From assembly GCA_964016885.1 (NCBI GenBank), contig OZ024745.1, positions 87,482,001-87,546,000 on the forward strand: a DNA stretch of 64,000 nucleotides. Direction: 5' to 3'. The DNA is from Eledone cirrhosa. Its lineage: Eukaryota. Below, in pieces: positions 12,245 to 23,885 of the stretch. The position numbers were made by a program, and so were the translations under genes. The notes beneath the pieces were generated by a model, which saw nothing but the letters and a program-made list of their open reading frames with translations, made no database searches and was not told where the DNA came from. Each line of letters opens with the position of its first letter. The first letter of the stretch is position 1.

Positions 12245-12245
<1 letters not shown>
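11273..12245. repeat. 538-bp tandem unit plus inverted tail (PLE pLTR-like architecture), related to 53750-54280
   Basis: 11273-11546 is repeated at 11811-12085, and 12086-12245 is the reverse complement of ~11690-11840. Flanked by (TA)n. Confidence 0.8.
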
Positions 12246-12305
<60 letters not shown>

Positions 12306-12310
<5 letters not shown>

Positions 12311-13165
12311 GGATGACGGTTTAACCATCGTCTCAGTGTGTTTGGCCTTTAACGTATGTTGTAGCTCTGGTTCGTCAGAATTATTGAGCGCTTGCCACAC
12401 ATCTCGGAAGTTGTTTTTCGCTAATTCCAAAGCCGAAATACGATTCTTGCTAATTTATATTTGTATTAATCTCCAGAGTCTAGCTATTGACCAGTTAATT
12501 TTCTTGATTTTTTAGTTGATTCTATTGACTGATGAATAGCTTTTGTTGACTTATAACCAGCTTAATTCGTTTTGTAATATTTTGCATTTTTGCAATAATA
12601 TACACATACTAAATTTCATCCGCCAAAAATAAGGGTTGCCTCCCTTGTAGAGCCCCACGTGGGTATGGGTAACGGTCATTCCTTTGCCTGGCACTTGAAC
12701 TAAAACCTGTTGACAAAGTGAATTCCTTGTTCAATCATCTTACCAGAAGCCTAACATTATTTGTCTAATTTGAGTTCAAATCCCGCTGAGGTTAACTTTG
12801 CCTTTCATCCTTACGGGGTCGATAAAATAAAGTACCAGTAATGTACTGGGTAATTGCTGGCCTTGTGCCTAAAGTAGAAATAATTATTTGTCTAAGCGGA
12901 CAGTACTTGATTTAGGAGTCGCAGAAACCCAAATGCTGGGGTCCGGGTAATTTTTTCAATCACATTTCTTTATTTGTTTGACCCGAATTACTTGGTCATT
13001 TCTATGGCTGTGCGGATGAAGGTTTAACCATCGTCTCAGTGTGTTTCGCGTTTAACGTATGTTGTAGCTCTGGTTCGTCAGAATTATTGAGCGCTTGCCA
13101 CACATCTCGGAAGTTGTTTTTCGCTAATTCCAAAGCCGAAATACGATTCTCGCTAATTTATATTT
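12306..13165. mobile_element. Element bounded by ~155-bp direct repeats, between microsatellites
   Basis: 12306-12460 is almost identical to 13009-13165. Confidence 0.6.
12769..12882 (+). mobile_element. 5'-truncated S1 SINE with 13-bp TSD
   Basis: TSD attatttgtctaa at 12756-12768 and 12883-12895. Confidence 0.85.
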
Positions 13166-13574
13166 ATATATATATATATTGTATATATACATACACACAT
13201 GTGTGTGTATGTGTGTGTGTGTGTGTGTTTGACTAGTGTATATAGGTCACAAGCACCGACACACACACACACACATACACATACACACACATACATACAT
13301 ACATATATATATATAGGCCTTCCAATTTCATTTTGCATTATATACATGTCTGTGTATATTTTAATTATTTAAAAATTATTTTTAAATGAACAAGACTTTT
13401 AAAAATAATTTTAAGTGAATGTGACCCAACGGGTTACGGTTGGTCTAGTGTATTTATATATGTATGCAAACATAAATAACAAACCAAACGACAGTACATT
13501 GAAGAAATGTATTAGTTTAACGCTAGGAATTCTAGGAAAACGTCTTAACGATTCGGACGCACACATAGACATAC

Positions 13575-13636
<62 letters not shown>

Positions 13637-14538
13637 ACACATACACTAACGCCCACATACACACACACACTCACACACATATATATTTATACATGTGTGT
13701 ACGTGTGTCTCTGTGATGCACATATTAAAATGTATACAGATGCATTATACAAGTATGTATAACAATATTCTTTTAGTCATCTATTTTTATGCATTTATGT
13801 GCATATATATGCATATATATATATCAAGAACACTGATTGATTGCATATACGCTTATCTGTACTATTGTAAAATTACAGTTGTTTCTGCATAATTGCGTAT
13901 CTAATGTAATTAATATGCAATTGACCAGACTTAACTATATACAGAATTTGAATAGTTGGCAATAATATATCTGTATATTTCAATATATTGTCAAATGAAG
14001 GCTATCGTAATTATTTAAATACGCATTAGAATATGTAATAAAATATTAATAAATGGGCTTATTTTTTATTTGTAGCTTCTTAGGCGTAATGTAACTTACT
14101 TAGCCCGTTCAAGCTGTTTTTCTTATTTATATTTATATTCATGAAGTTTCAGGATTGCATTTGCTATTCTTCAATTAACGAAGGTTATTCAGATTCGTGT
14201 AACCCGAAAATGAATTTAACGCCCGTTAATTTATGATTATAACTAATGTCATGAGGTTAATAGAAATTGGATCCTGTCAATCATAGGCTAATGTAGACAA
14301 CAATGAAAACACAATAAAGATTCTATTCCCCAGATGATGTGAAACTAACGTTTTATAAATTTTATCTAAAATAGAGATTTTCGTAGAAGAATTTCCTTAT
14401 AGAAATTGTATTACGAACATCTATGATTGATTGTAATGAGAAAATAAGTAAAATAACTAAAATAACTTCGTCGTAACCAACGAAGTGCCACTTATTATTA
14501 TTACACTTATGCGTTTACACTTAAAAAATTGAAATTAA

Positions 14539-14735
14539 TTCTTCTTCTTCTTTTCACACTTATTCCCGAGGGAATCATGGGGGCAGAGTCCTAAAACACT
14601 CCTTCCAGCGAGTCTTGTCAGAAGCTACCATCTCCAACTGATCCGACTGGATCCCCAAGCAAGACCAGTCGATCACATGGATGTTATCCAACCATCTTAC
14701 TCGGGGTCTACCCTCTGGGTCTTCTACCAGTTGGT
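14539..14735 (-). mobile_element. RTE-clade LINE 3' end fragment with (GAA)n tail
   Basis: Minus strand encodes GRPRVRWLDNI..DKTRWK and ends in gaagaagaag. Confidence 0.75.
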
Positions 14736-15075
14736 TTTAAATATAATCGGTTCTATGATACATTTCGGATATTTTCTACTCAGAATAAGAATGTTTTTTT
14801 TTCTATAAAATTAACAAATTACCGACATTTATCTATGCAATCTAGTTGACCAATTTACCATGTTTCATGATAAATGATTCAGTCTTTAGTCTTTTTAAAG
14901 GTTATGTAATTAATATTAATGGAATGACACAATTATTGTATATGTGAATAGGTGGTATCGTCTCTAGAATGATAGACAAAATACACACATACACACACAC
15001 TAAAAAACATACATACTTCAGTAGTAAGCAACAGGTTTAATTTCAAAATTAAGCTGTCTGTCGGTTATGATAATA

Positions 15076-15181
15076 ATTGTTTCTACTTTTGGCACAGGGC
15101 CAGCAATTACCCAGTACATTACTGGTACTTTATTTTATCGACCTCATGGATGAAAGGCAAAGTTAACCTCGGCGGGATTTG
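15076..15181 (-). mobile_element. Partial S1 SINE
   Basis: Reverse complement of the S1 core and tail. Confidence 0.8.
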
Positions 15182-15347
15182 GATAGTAATGTTAGTCAAA
15201 ACTTAACGCGGTCAAATGAAGAATATAGAAAAGTTTGAAAAGTGGAGACACTAAGAGACAGCTGACAAGCAGGGATTGCACATTTGTCCGCACTTTTCAA
15301 GCCTTACGTATTCCTTATTTGTACCACGAATTATTTTGTGGCCGATA

Positions 15348-15697
15348 CGTTCTGAGTTCAAACCCCATCGAAGTTAACTTTGCCTTTCATTATTATGGGT
15401 CGATGGATTGGCGATGGATTGGCAGTATAAGGGCGGTGGATTGGCAGTATCGGTAGAGGGTTGGACGCCATGCTTTCCAGCATAGTTACGTCCCTTTACG
15501 ATCTGAGTTCAAATCCCGCCGAGGTTGACTTTGCCTTTCATCCTTACGGGGTCGATAAAATAAAGTACCAGTAATGCACTGGGTAATTGCTGGCCTTGTG
15601 CCTAAAGTAGAAACAATTATTACGGGTCGATAAATTAAAGTACCAGTAATGCACTCGGATAATTGCTGGCCTTGTGCCAAAAGAAGAAGCAATTATT
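15348..15697 (+). mobile_element. Cluster of S1 SINEs (partial, full-length at 15431-15620, and duplicated 3' end)
   Basis: gggcggtggattggcagtatcggtaga..gagttcaaatccc..gcctttcatccttacggggtcgataaaataaagtaccag. Confidence 0.85.
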
Positions 15698-16223
15698 TTG
15701 TGACCGATATTTGGTCTGTTATCATGTCTATGTACTAAAAATGTGCAAATGTATATACATATTTGCGTAGTCTCGATTATTTCTAGTCTGTATTTATACA
15801 GATATAACTTTATCATATACTTCGGCTGCTTAGCGAATATATACATACTGTATATACTAAGAGATATCTACAAACTGACAAACACACATTTATATATGCC
15901 TCCGTTTTGTAATCGTTTTACATCTGTATATTTTTCTAGCATCATATTCTGTCTGCAAGCTTATCTTGGCGAAGTTTTCTGAGTCGAATTTCATACAAAT
16001 ATTTTTACTGAATCACTGTAGCATATATAACAGGCTTTCTTGTTAGGCTCTGCAGAGTACATCTTCAGGTTAACCACACACAGCAGATGCTTAATTGAGA
16101 TTCTATAATACTTGTCGCCATATTCTGTAGAGTGTAGCATACTGGTTAAATGTGTGAGGCACAATATAGATGGATGTAGCAAACAATGTTTCTTTTCTGA
16201 AAAGCATAAGTTATTATTAAATA

Positions 16224-16972
16224 CGGTCTGAGTTCAAATCCCGCCGAGGTTAACTTTGCCTTTCATCCTTACGGGGTCGATAAAATAAAGTACCAATAAT
16301 GCACTGGGATAATTGATGGCCCTGTGCCAAATGTTGAAACAATTATTCTAGGGCGGTGGATTGGCAGTATCGTTAGAGACGGATGCCATGCTTTGCAGCA
16401 TAGAGTTACGGTCCTTTATGGTCTGAGTTCAAATCCCGCTGAAGTTAACTTAGCCTTTCATCCTTACGGGGGTCGATAAAATAAAGCAACCGTAACGTAC
16501 TGGGGTCGATTTAACCGATTTCCCCTCCCCCCAAATTGCTGGCCTTGTGCCTATAGTAGAAATCATTATTATTATCGGTAGGGTGGTAGATTGGCAGTAT
16601 CTGTAGAGCATCGGACAGCAAGCTTTATGGCAAGGAGTTACGGCCCCTTACTTTCTGAGATAAAATCCTGCCGAGGTTATATTTGCCTTTCAACTTACGG
16701 GGTCGATAAAATAAAGCACCAGGGTCGATTAATCAACTTGCGCCTCCCCTAAATTTTTGGCCTTGTGCCTATATCAGAAACCATTGGATTGGCAGTATCG
16801 GTAGAGGATCAGACACCATGCTTTGCAGTATAGAGTTACCTCCCTTTATGATTTGAGTTCAAATCTCGCCGAGGTTACCTTTGCCTTTCAACCTTATGGG
16901 GTCGATAAAATAAAGTACCAGTAATACACTGGGTAATTGCTGGCCTTGTGCCAAAAGTAGAAACAATTATTA
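16224..16972 (+). mobile_element. Four head-to-tail S1 SINEs
   Basis: Copies at ~16224-16347, 16351-16570, 16578-16785 and 16785-16972. Confidence 0.85.
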
Positions 16973-17198
16973 TCTTTTTTCTTTCATAGTTCCATCAATA
17001 TTTGTAATGTTATTTATACCAGTGTGAATTGATTTATTGTCTGTAATTTTATTTTATAACATTGAATAAAAAAAATGTTGTTTAGCTCCAATAATAACCT
17101 CTCTTTATGGCCAATATTATCTATCTACTTGTGATGCAGGCTAACTTCTACTGTTACAAGTCCCAATGTAAATAAGACATACAATGGGAAGGCCCCGA

Positions 17199-17925
17199 AC
17201 AATTTGGAAAGCTTGCTGAAATGAGCAAGTTGCAAACGATGTTGTTAACATATCTAATACTTGAACACGTCCGACAAAAATATTCAGTCATTTTCTAAAA
17301 TATCTAAAAATCAGCCTGGAACTCACTGAGGAAAAAAGAATAATTAATATGTTATAAATCTTACCCCTACCCATTATTATTCCATTATCGTTTTATAGTT
17401 GTCCTTTATATTTATATATATTTACGATATCATTCCTTTTCCTCTCGATGCACAGTATTCTTTTTTTTTTATCAGCATTTCTCTTTTGCAGAAAAGATTA
17501 TAGTTAAGATTTTTCAGACCTGCCAAGCGCTAAAAACTCAAACGGGGAGTATCGTGAAAAAAGTGCCTCCAAAACAGGGAGAAATGAGGCAAAATGGAGA
17601 GATTTTACATAATGAAAGCTATATCCATTTTCACAAGAGAAGACATCTGTCACCTACCCCGAAATGGGTGGGTTGTTTCCCCGTCCGACGGGGAGAGTTG
17701 ACAGGTCTGATTTTGTATATTCCAAGCAATCAGGTTATTGATCTGTAGTTTGAGTAGGAGTAATATTTATAACATATTAAGTCTTCTTTTTTCCTAAGCG
17801 AGTTCCAGACTGATTTCTAAATATTTTAGAAAATGATTTAATATTTTTGTCGGCCGTGTTCAAGTATTAGATATATTAACACATCGTTTGTAACTTGTTT
17901 ATTTTAGCATGCTTTCTAAATTGTT
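17199..17925. mobile_element. MITE-like element with ~145-bp terminal inverted repeats
   Basis: 17199-17342 is a diverged reverse complement of ~17785-17925. Confidence 0.7.
17515..17709. mobile_element. Small MITE nested in the previous element
   Basis: Short TIRs CAGACCTGCCAA ... TTGACAGGTCTG; TSD is not clean. Confidence 0.6.
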
Positions 17926-19489
17926 AGGATTCTGTCATATAAAGCCACTTCTTGCTTTACTTATTGCTCCCAGAATTGTTCTACAGGGTGAGCATAAAAT
18001 CTTAGAAACCACAAAACACGCTGAACTTTTTGTTTCATAGATGCCATTTTGGTACTGAAAATTACAACTACTTCCAGTAGAAGAGAAAAGGTAAAACATG
18101 GTAAAAAATCTTTAAATTTGAAATTTATAAATTAAAACAATTAAAATGTAAAATCTCAAATAGTATCCGAGATATGGTATTTTATAATGAGGGAAACACT
18201 TTATGCTCATCATTTTAATATCTTTTTACGTTTTAATATTTTCGGATAATATTGCAGCTAATCATAATATAATAAAGAGAGGAGTGCGGGACTGTGCCCT
18301 GAATATATAGTGTTATGCCGTTAGTAAAATAAGTTGGATTACTTTGAATAAATAATGAATAAATATTACATAATTTTTGTACTAAATCATATAATTATTG
18401 CTTATTTTAAGATTCACTTCTTTTAACATTTTCAAATGTCTAATGTTCCGGTTATAATAGAACGTACGCTATATCACATCGCTTATATAAACGTTCATAT
18501 ATTTGCATCGTTTATATTTCTGTCGCTAATTTTCTCCTTTTTCGTTTTCATTACATTTAATTGTAATGCAGTTTATATATAATATCGTCTTTTTTTAATG
18601 TATCATGGATTACTTTACTGATTACAAAAGAGAGTGTAACACAGTCTCTCTCTTTAATTTCTGGGCATATTGTCAATTACGATTTTATTTTATGTATTAT
18701 ATCTGCGTATAATATCAATATGCACACTACACATGCTTGCAGAAAACCAGCCGAAGGGTGGTTTTTCTGCTAGCACGTACAATGATCCTTACCCCATTAA
18801 GTTATTGATGCATTCATTTAGGCTCTTTCAGTAGACGATTCACTACCGTTGCAAGGAATTTCTATATATTAGCTAGATATTTTAAATGAAATATTTTCCA
18901 ATGTGTAATTCTTTTAGTGAAACGGTAGTATGGAATTTGATAGAATTTGGCTTTCATCCATCCATACTATTTATCGACCATTTTTATTGAAATATTTACA
19001 CCTAGAATTTCACCTTATTAAACAATTCAAGCTGCCAGTAATGTCATTTATGGAGTAGAGTATAAGAGTAAAATCTATATGTAGCATAGAAACGCATACC
19101 ACTCGGATTCATTTAAAACTTTTCTAATTTATTTGCTGAGCTTTATATTAATAGCTGATTCCTTATAAAAACGTTCATCATTTCTATCGGGTACCGGTTT
19201 ATTTATTTCTGACAATGCAGTATTTTATACGCTCCAATTTATTTTATAGCTTAATGAAAACTCACATTCACTATTTTAAACACATGGCGAATTTTGAGAT
19301 TTTTTTTATTTCCTGTGACAGAATTTGTCTGGTTTTATTATAACCTAAGTTCGATTAGAGTGCTTACACCTGCCGACCATTAATGACAACATTAGCTATT
19401 CATAATTAGATTAGGGACTGTGCAATGTAATTTAAATAGGAAGTGAATAGACCTCACACAAGTATCCTTCTATATATTGGCCAGTGTAA

Positions 19490-20440
19490 AATCTGGTAAA
19501 GGGTGAGAATCTGTGTCGATAACATTTATAATGAAATCTTCTAGGAGTGAAAGAAAAACATTATGGCATTGGTGAACATGGATTGTGGTGGGAAAAGATG
19601 CCAACAGTTTGAAATAGCGAACCATGAGTTTCAGCGTTTTAAAGGCGTTGTTGCGATCATCCGGAGAGTATTTATGGAAGTGATCATTCAAACGGGGACC
19701 ATTTCCACCTATATACTGTACAAGACCTTACGTTGACAGTAACTAATACACTCGACTCTATATTGAGTTGTAGTGTTAGAGATGTAGTACAAGAGTTTCA
19801 TGGTGTGCTGGAGAAGAAATCTATTGTTAGGGTATTGTGTTTGGGGACAAAGGCTCTCTTGATCAGAAGATTAAGTAAGGTTTATGAAGCATGAAAAAAA
19901 AAAGGAAATGGAGTTTCAGAACTGTGGTGGCCACTGGTAGTTCGGACTATAGCAAACAGAAATTGCGGAAACTGCTTCAGTGGAGAGGCCGGTTAGCGTG
20001 GTCAAAGGTGAAAGAGAATGTGGTTGAATTCAGACTCGCTGGAAGGCTGTGTTCACCAAAAGGATGAAGGAAGTGGGATGGTTTCTGATAAGTAAGGAGG
20101 CATTGTAAAAGTCCTTCATATATCGATCATATAAGGCGGCACAAGTGTTGTATTGTATTGCACAGAAATATAGGCTTGAAATAATAATTTTGAAAAATAG
20201 TTGCCATAGATGGGGCCCATGCTGGTAACCATGGCTACTCTGGTAACCTGATGGTAGAAATCACTGGAAAAAGAAGCAACTTAAGGGTCGAACGAATTCA
20301 ATAAAACGGAAATTGAGGACATCTTGAGCTTGAATGTGGATCACCAGTGGAGAAACGATTTAATGGTTACCCTTATCACTATCATTAAGAAATGTCAACC
20401 TTTACGTGGTCCACCTTGTATTAAATTTAGAATGTGAGCT
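19490..20440 (-). pseudogene. Ancient decayed Penelope-like element (RT and GIY-YIG remnants)
   Basis: Minus strand gives DFYHQVTRVAMVTSMGPIYGNYF (cf. Y.Q..G.AMG..M.P), LYDRYMKDF (cf. RYIDD), QYIGGNGPRLNDHF (cf. YIGET.R.L..RF) and EDFIINVIDT. Confidence 0.65.
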
Positions 20441-20799
20441 TACATTCTATGACAGAAGAACCGTCGCTCCTTGCATAGAGCTTAGCCGACGCAAGAAAAA
20501 ACTGGATGCTCTTTAGGCCTCATTACTAACCGTTTGAATCTTTATAAGCAGTTAAGATATTTCGATATTTCTCTACCATCTACATCCATCGCACAGCGTC
20601 AGTTCCGTCCTCGACGTGACATTGTAATTAAAGCGACACAAAAGTTCCGTGCTGTTGTGGTATAAGAATCTCTATAGAGACAAATCATTCCTCCATCTCA
20701 ATAATTACCTCTTCTAATTGAAGCTCACAAACTACTGTAAACTTTGCTTCCAAAATATTGTCTTCATCAACATACTACATCTAATTTCCTCTTCTCTAA

Positions 20800-21130
20800 T
20801 TTTCCTCAAAACCACTACTGTCTTGTTTTGTTTTTGTATTTTCTAGTGCATTGTAAACACTCCACATATATGTGTAGTGCTTAGTATTGTAATTATCTGT
20901 CTGTTGTGTATGTAAGTACGGGTGGTGTTTTGGTTACGTATCTTTCTTTTATGCATTATTCTTTTATCATTTCCAGCTATTGGCGTTATTTCTGTTTTTA
21001 GTCTCCACATTCTGGATATTTCAATTCCAAGGTCTTTGTAATTTGATAGTTTCTTTATTTCTGTCGAAAATATATTTCCGTACCTTGGAGCTGATTAGTC
21101 GGCTGGGATACATCTCTATTATCTTATATT
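20800..21130 (-). pseudogene. Decayed R4/Dong RLE fragment
   Basis: Minus strand encodes KKLSNYKDLGIEISRMWRLKT, matching Dong family A at 48248-48607. Confidence 0.7.
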
Positions 21131-21536
21131 CTAGACGTTAAATATTTTATGATATTTTCTTTCAGCTGAAGATCCTTGCCTTCACGTGTTCGTTGGAACT
21201 TTAAATTTTCTGAGTCATATTTTGTATAGTTTCATTTCAAATGCTGACTGAATTCCTGGTAAATATCAGTTATTCTATGCCACCAGACGTCATCAGACGT
21301 CGAGAGCAAAAGCCAAAATATTTCACTTTACATGGAATTTTTGGAAATAGAGCGAAAACGTACCCTCCACAACGAGAAAACTGGATTTCCTCTCCTTCTG
21401 CCCGACCACACTCAGAGGATTTTGTGTAAATGCACGAGTTCTTTTTTAAAGACACCAGGGGATTAAATTCACTTGTAATAATTAACAAATCAGGGTTCCG
21501 GAAATCCTAATTGTAATTAAACCGTTGTAATCAAAC

Positions 21537-21872
21537 CGTATGTAATGGCTACAAGCCTAAAAGTATGACTTTCATTACTGCCCATGTCCAGTTCTATCAA
21601 CTTAAATTCCGAATCCAAGACATCATCTGTACATCAAGATCGAAACCTTTCGGATACAACACTACCAATACGTCACACATTTTCGAAAGTAAAAAATATG
21701 TGCAGGTATAACGAAACAGGAATAAGAGATAACTTATACCTACATATATTTTTTACCTACGCAAATTTGTGAATATATACGGACGATGTCTTGGATTAGG
21801 AATTTAAGTTGATAGAACTGGACATGGGCAGTAATGATGGCAGTACTTTCAGGCTTGAAGCCGTTACATACG
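21537..21872. mobile_element. MITE-like element with ~95-bp inverted repeats
   Basis: cgtatgtaatggc..ccagttctatcaacttaaattcc..gacatc is the inverse of gatgtc..ggaatttaagttgatagaactgg..gccgttacatacg. Confidence 0.75.
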
Positions 21873-22081
21873 AACCAGAGCAAGACAGTAATATTTTGTC
21901 GTGCGTTCTTTGGAAGTGCAGCTTTTTGTAATTAGTGGCAATGGGAAAAGGCTTTTAGACCCTGGCATGGAGAGCCTGAGAAAGACGTGTGAAAATACTC
22001 GCAAAAATCAGACAGTTCAAAGTATCTAACCTACAGACTGGATGTATTTCATCAAATCATTCAGGTTGTATAAAGAACATT

Positions 22082-22500
22082 GCACCACTCTCACCTCATA
22101 TCACATCATACACATCACACCAGATCACATCATATCATCGCACTACTCTCACATCACATCATATTACACCACTCTCACAGCATATCACATTTCCTCTCAG
22201 ATCACATCACATCTTCTCTAATATCACATCACATTATATCTCCCATATCACATCACACCTCCCCCCATATCACATCACATCACACCACATCTCACAACTC
22301 CACTAACACCACACTACATCACAGCTATTTTCATATCACATCACATACCCTCCCATATCACACCACATCCCCTTCCATATCACATCACATTTACTATCAT
22401 ACCCCATCGCATCACAGCACACCACCTCTGCTCACATCTACTGCCACACCACACTACATCACATCTATGTTCACATCACACTACATCACATCATATCAAC
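22082..22500. repeat. Degenerate (CACAT)n satellite
   Basis: Visible pentamer periodicity. Confidence 0.9.
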
Positions 22501-23296
22501 ACAACCAGAATGGAACAAGATGAAAACAAACAAAGAAATAAGTGAAAAACAATAAAAACCTTCACACGAACGAGGAAACACACACACAGAGACACATAAC
22601 ACACATAGATATACACGCACACACATAGATATACATGCACACATACACAAACACACGCATACACGCACTCATACAAATAATTCATCTCATTCCGTTAGCC
22701 ATGCCTCAGGTGTATATAGATACATTCGATTCGGAACACACGCGCACACACACGCATACACACACACTTACACACACATACACACACACTTACACACACA
22801 CACACACATACATGCACACATACTTACACACTCACTTACACACATACATACACACACATGCATATATGTGTGCGTATGTGTGTGTGTGTATTTTTAGCGG
22901 CAGAGTGAAGCTTTGGCTTGAATGATAAATGAATACACACATACACGCACGTACACACACACACGCGCACACACGCACGCACACGCACGCACACGCACAC
23001 ACACACGCACACACACATATATATATACACTCATATTTACAGACGTAAAGATATAGATATGCGTGTCTGTGTGTATGTGTATAGTAAATATACACAGACA
23101 TATCTAGATGTGTACACACACATATACTCAGTTACAAAGTGTATGTATACAACTCATACATCACACAGATATAGATGTCCTACAACAACAATAACACTAC
23201 CACCAACAACAACACCATCACAACTAACAACAACACCAAAAGCAACAACACTAGCTTTACTACCACTGCCCCACGACCAACATCAACATCAACTAT

Positions 23297-23327
<31 letters not shown>

Positions 23328-23349
23328 TCCAACACCATCACAACACCAA

Positions 23350-23598
23350 AGTTGTTTGTGGAAGACCAGCAGTCACCCATACATATCAGACTCCCCTCTC
23401 CATGCCACCAATGTTGTCCAAGGGAAAGGCAAAGGCTGATTCAGCTTGGCACCAGTGACGTCGCAACACATTTCTACAACTGAGTAAACTGGAGCAACGT
23501 GATATAAAGTGTCTTGCTCAAGAACACAACGGTCCGAGAATCAAACTCACCACCTTTCGATTGCAAGCCAAATGCTCTAACCACTAAGCCATGCGCCT
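23350..23598 (-). mobile_element. tRNA-derived SINE, second family (V-domain-like core)
   Basis: Minus strand reads aggcgcatggcttagtggttagagc (A box), gagtttgattctc (B box) and gttgtgttcttgagcaagacactt. Confidence 0.75.
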
Positions 23599-23664
23599 AG
23601 TCACACACATACATAGTTACAAATGAATATATCTATATATCTAATAGACCACTCAGATATAAAT

Positions 23665-23708
23665 GTCCAACAACGATAACGCCATCACCACCAACAACAT
23701 AATAACAT

Positions 23709-23739
<31 letters not shown>

Positions 23740-23853
23740 CAGCAACATCACAGACACCACCAAAACCACCACCATCACCACCGACAACAACAACAACATA
23801 ATCACAACCACCACCAAAAACAACAACAACAGCAACATCACAAGCGCCACCAA

Positions 23854-23885
<32 letters not shown>

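Noticed and set aside
15991-16200. Possible minus-strand exon after a TTTTCAG acceptor
   Set aside because: It gives no recognisable protein in any frame and cannot be supported without transcripts.
17984-18212. Tc1/mariner MITE starting TACAGGGTGAGCATAAA
   Set aside because: The right TIR is only partly matched (TTTATGCTCA) and has no terminal CTG-TA.
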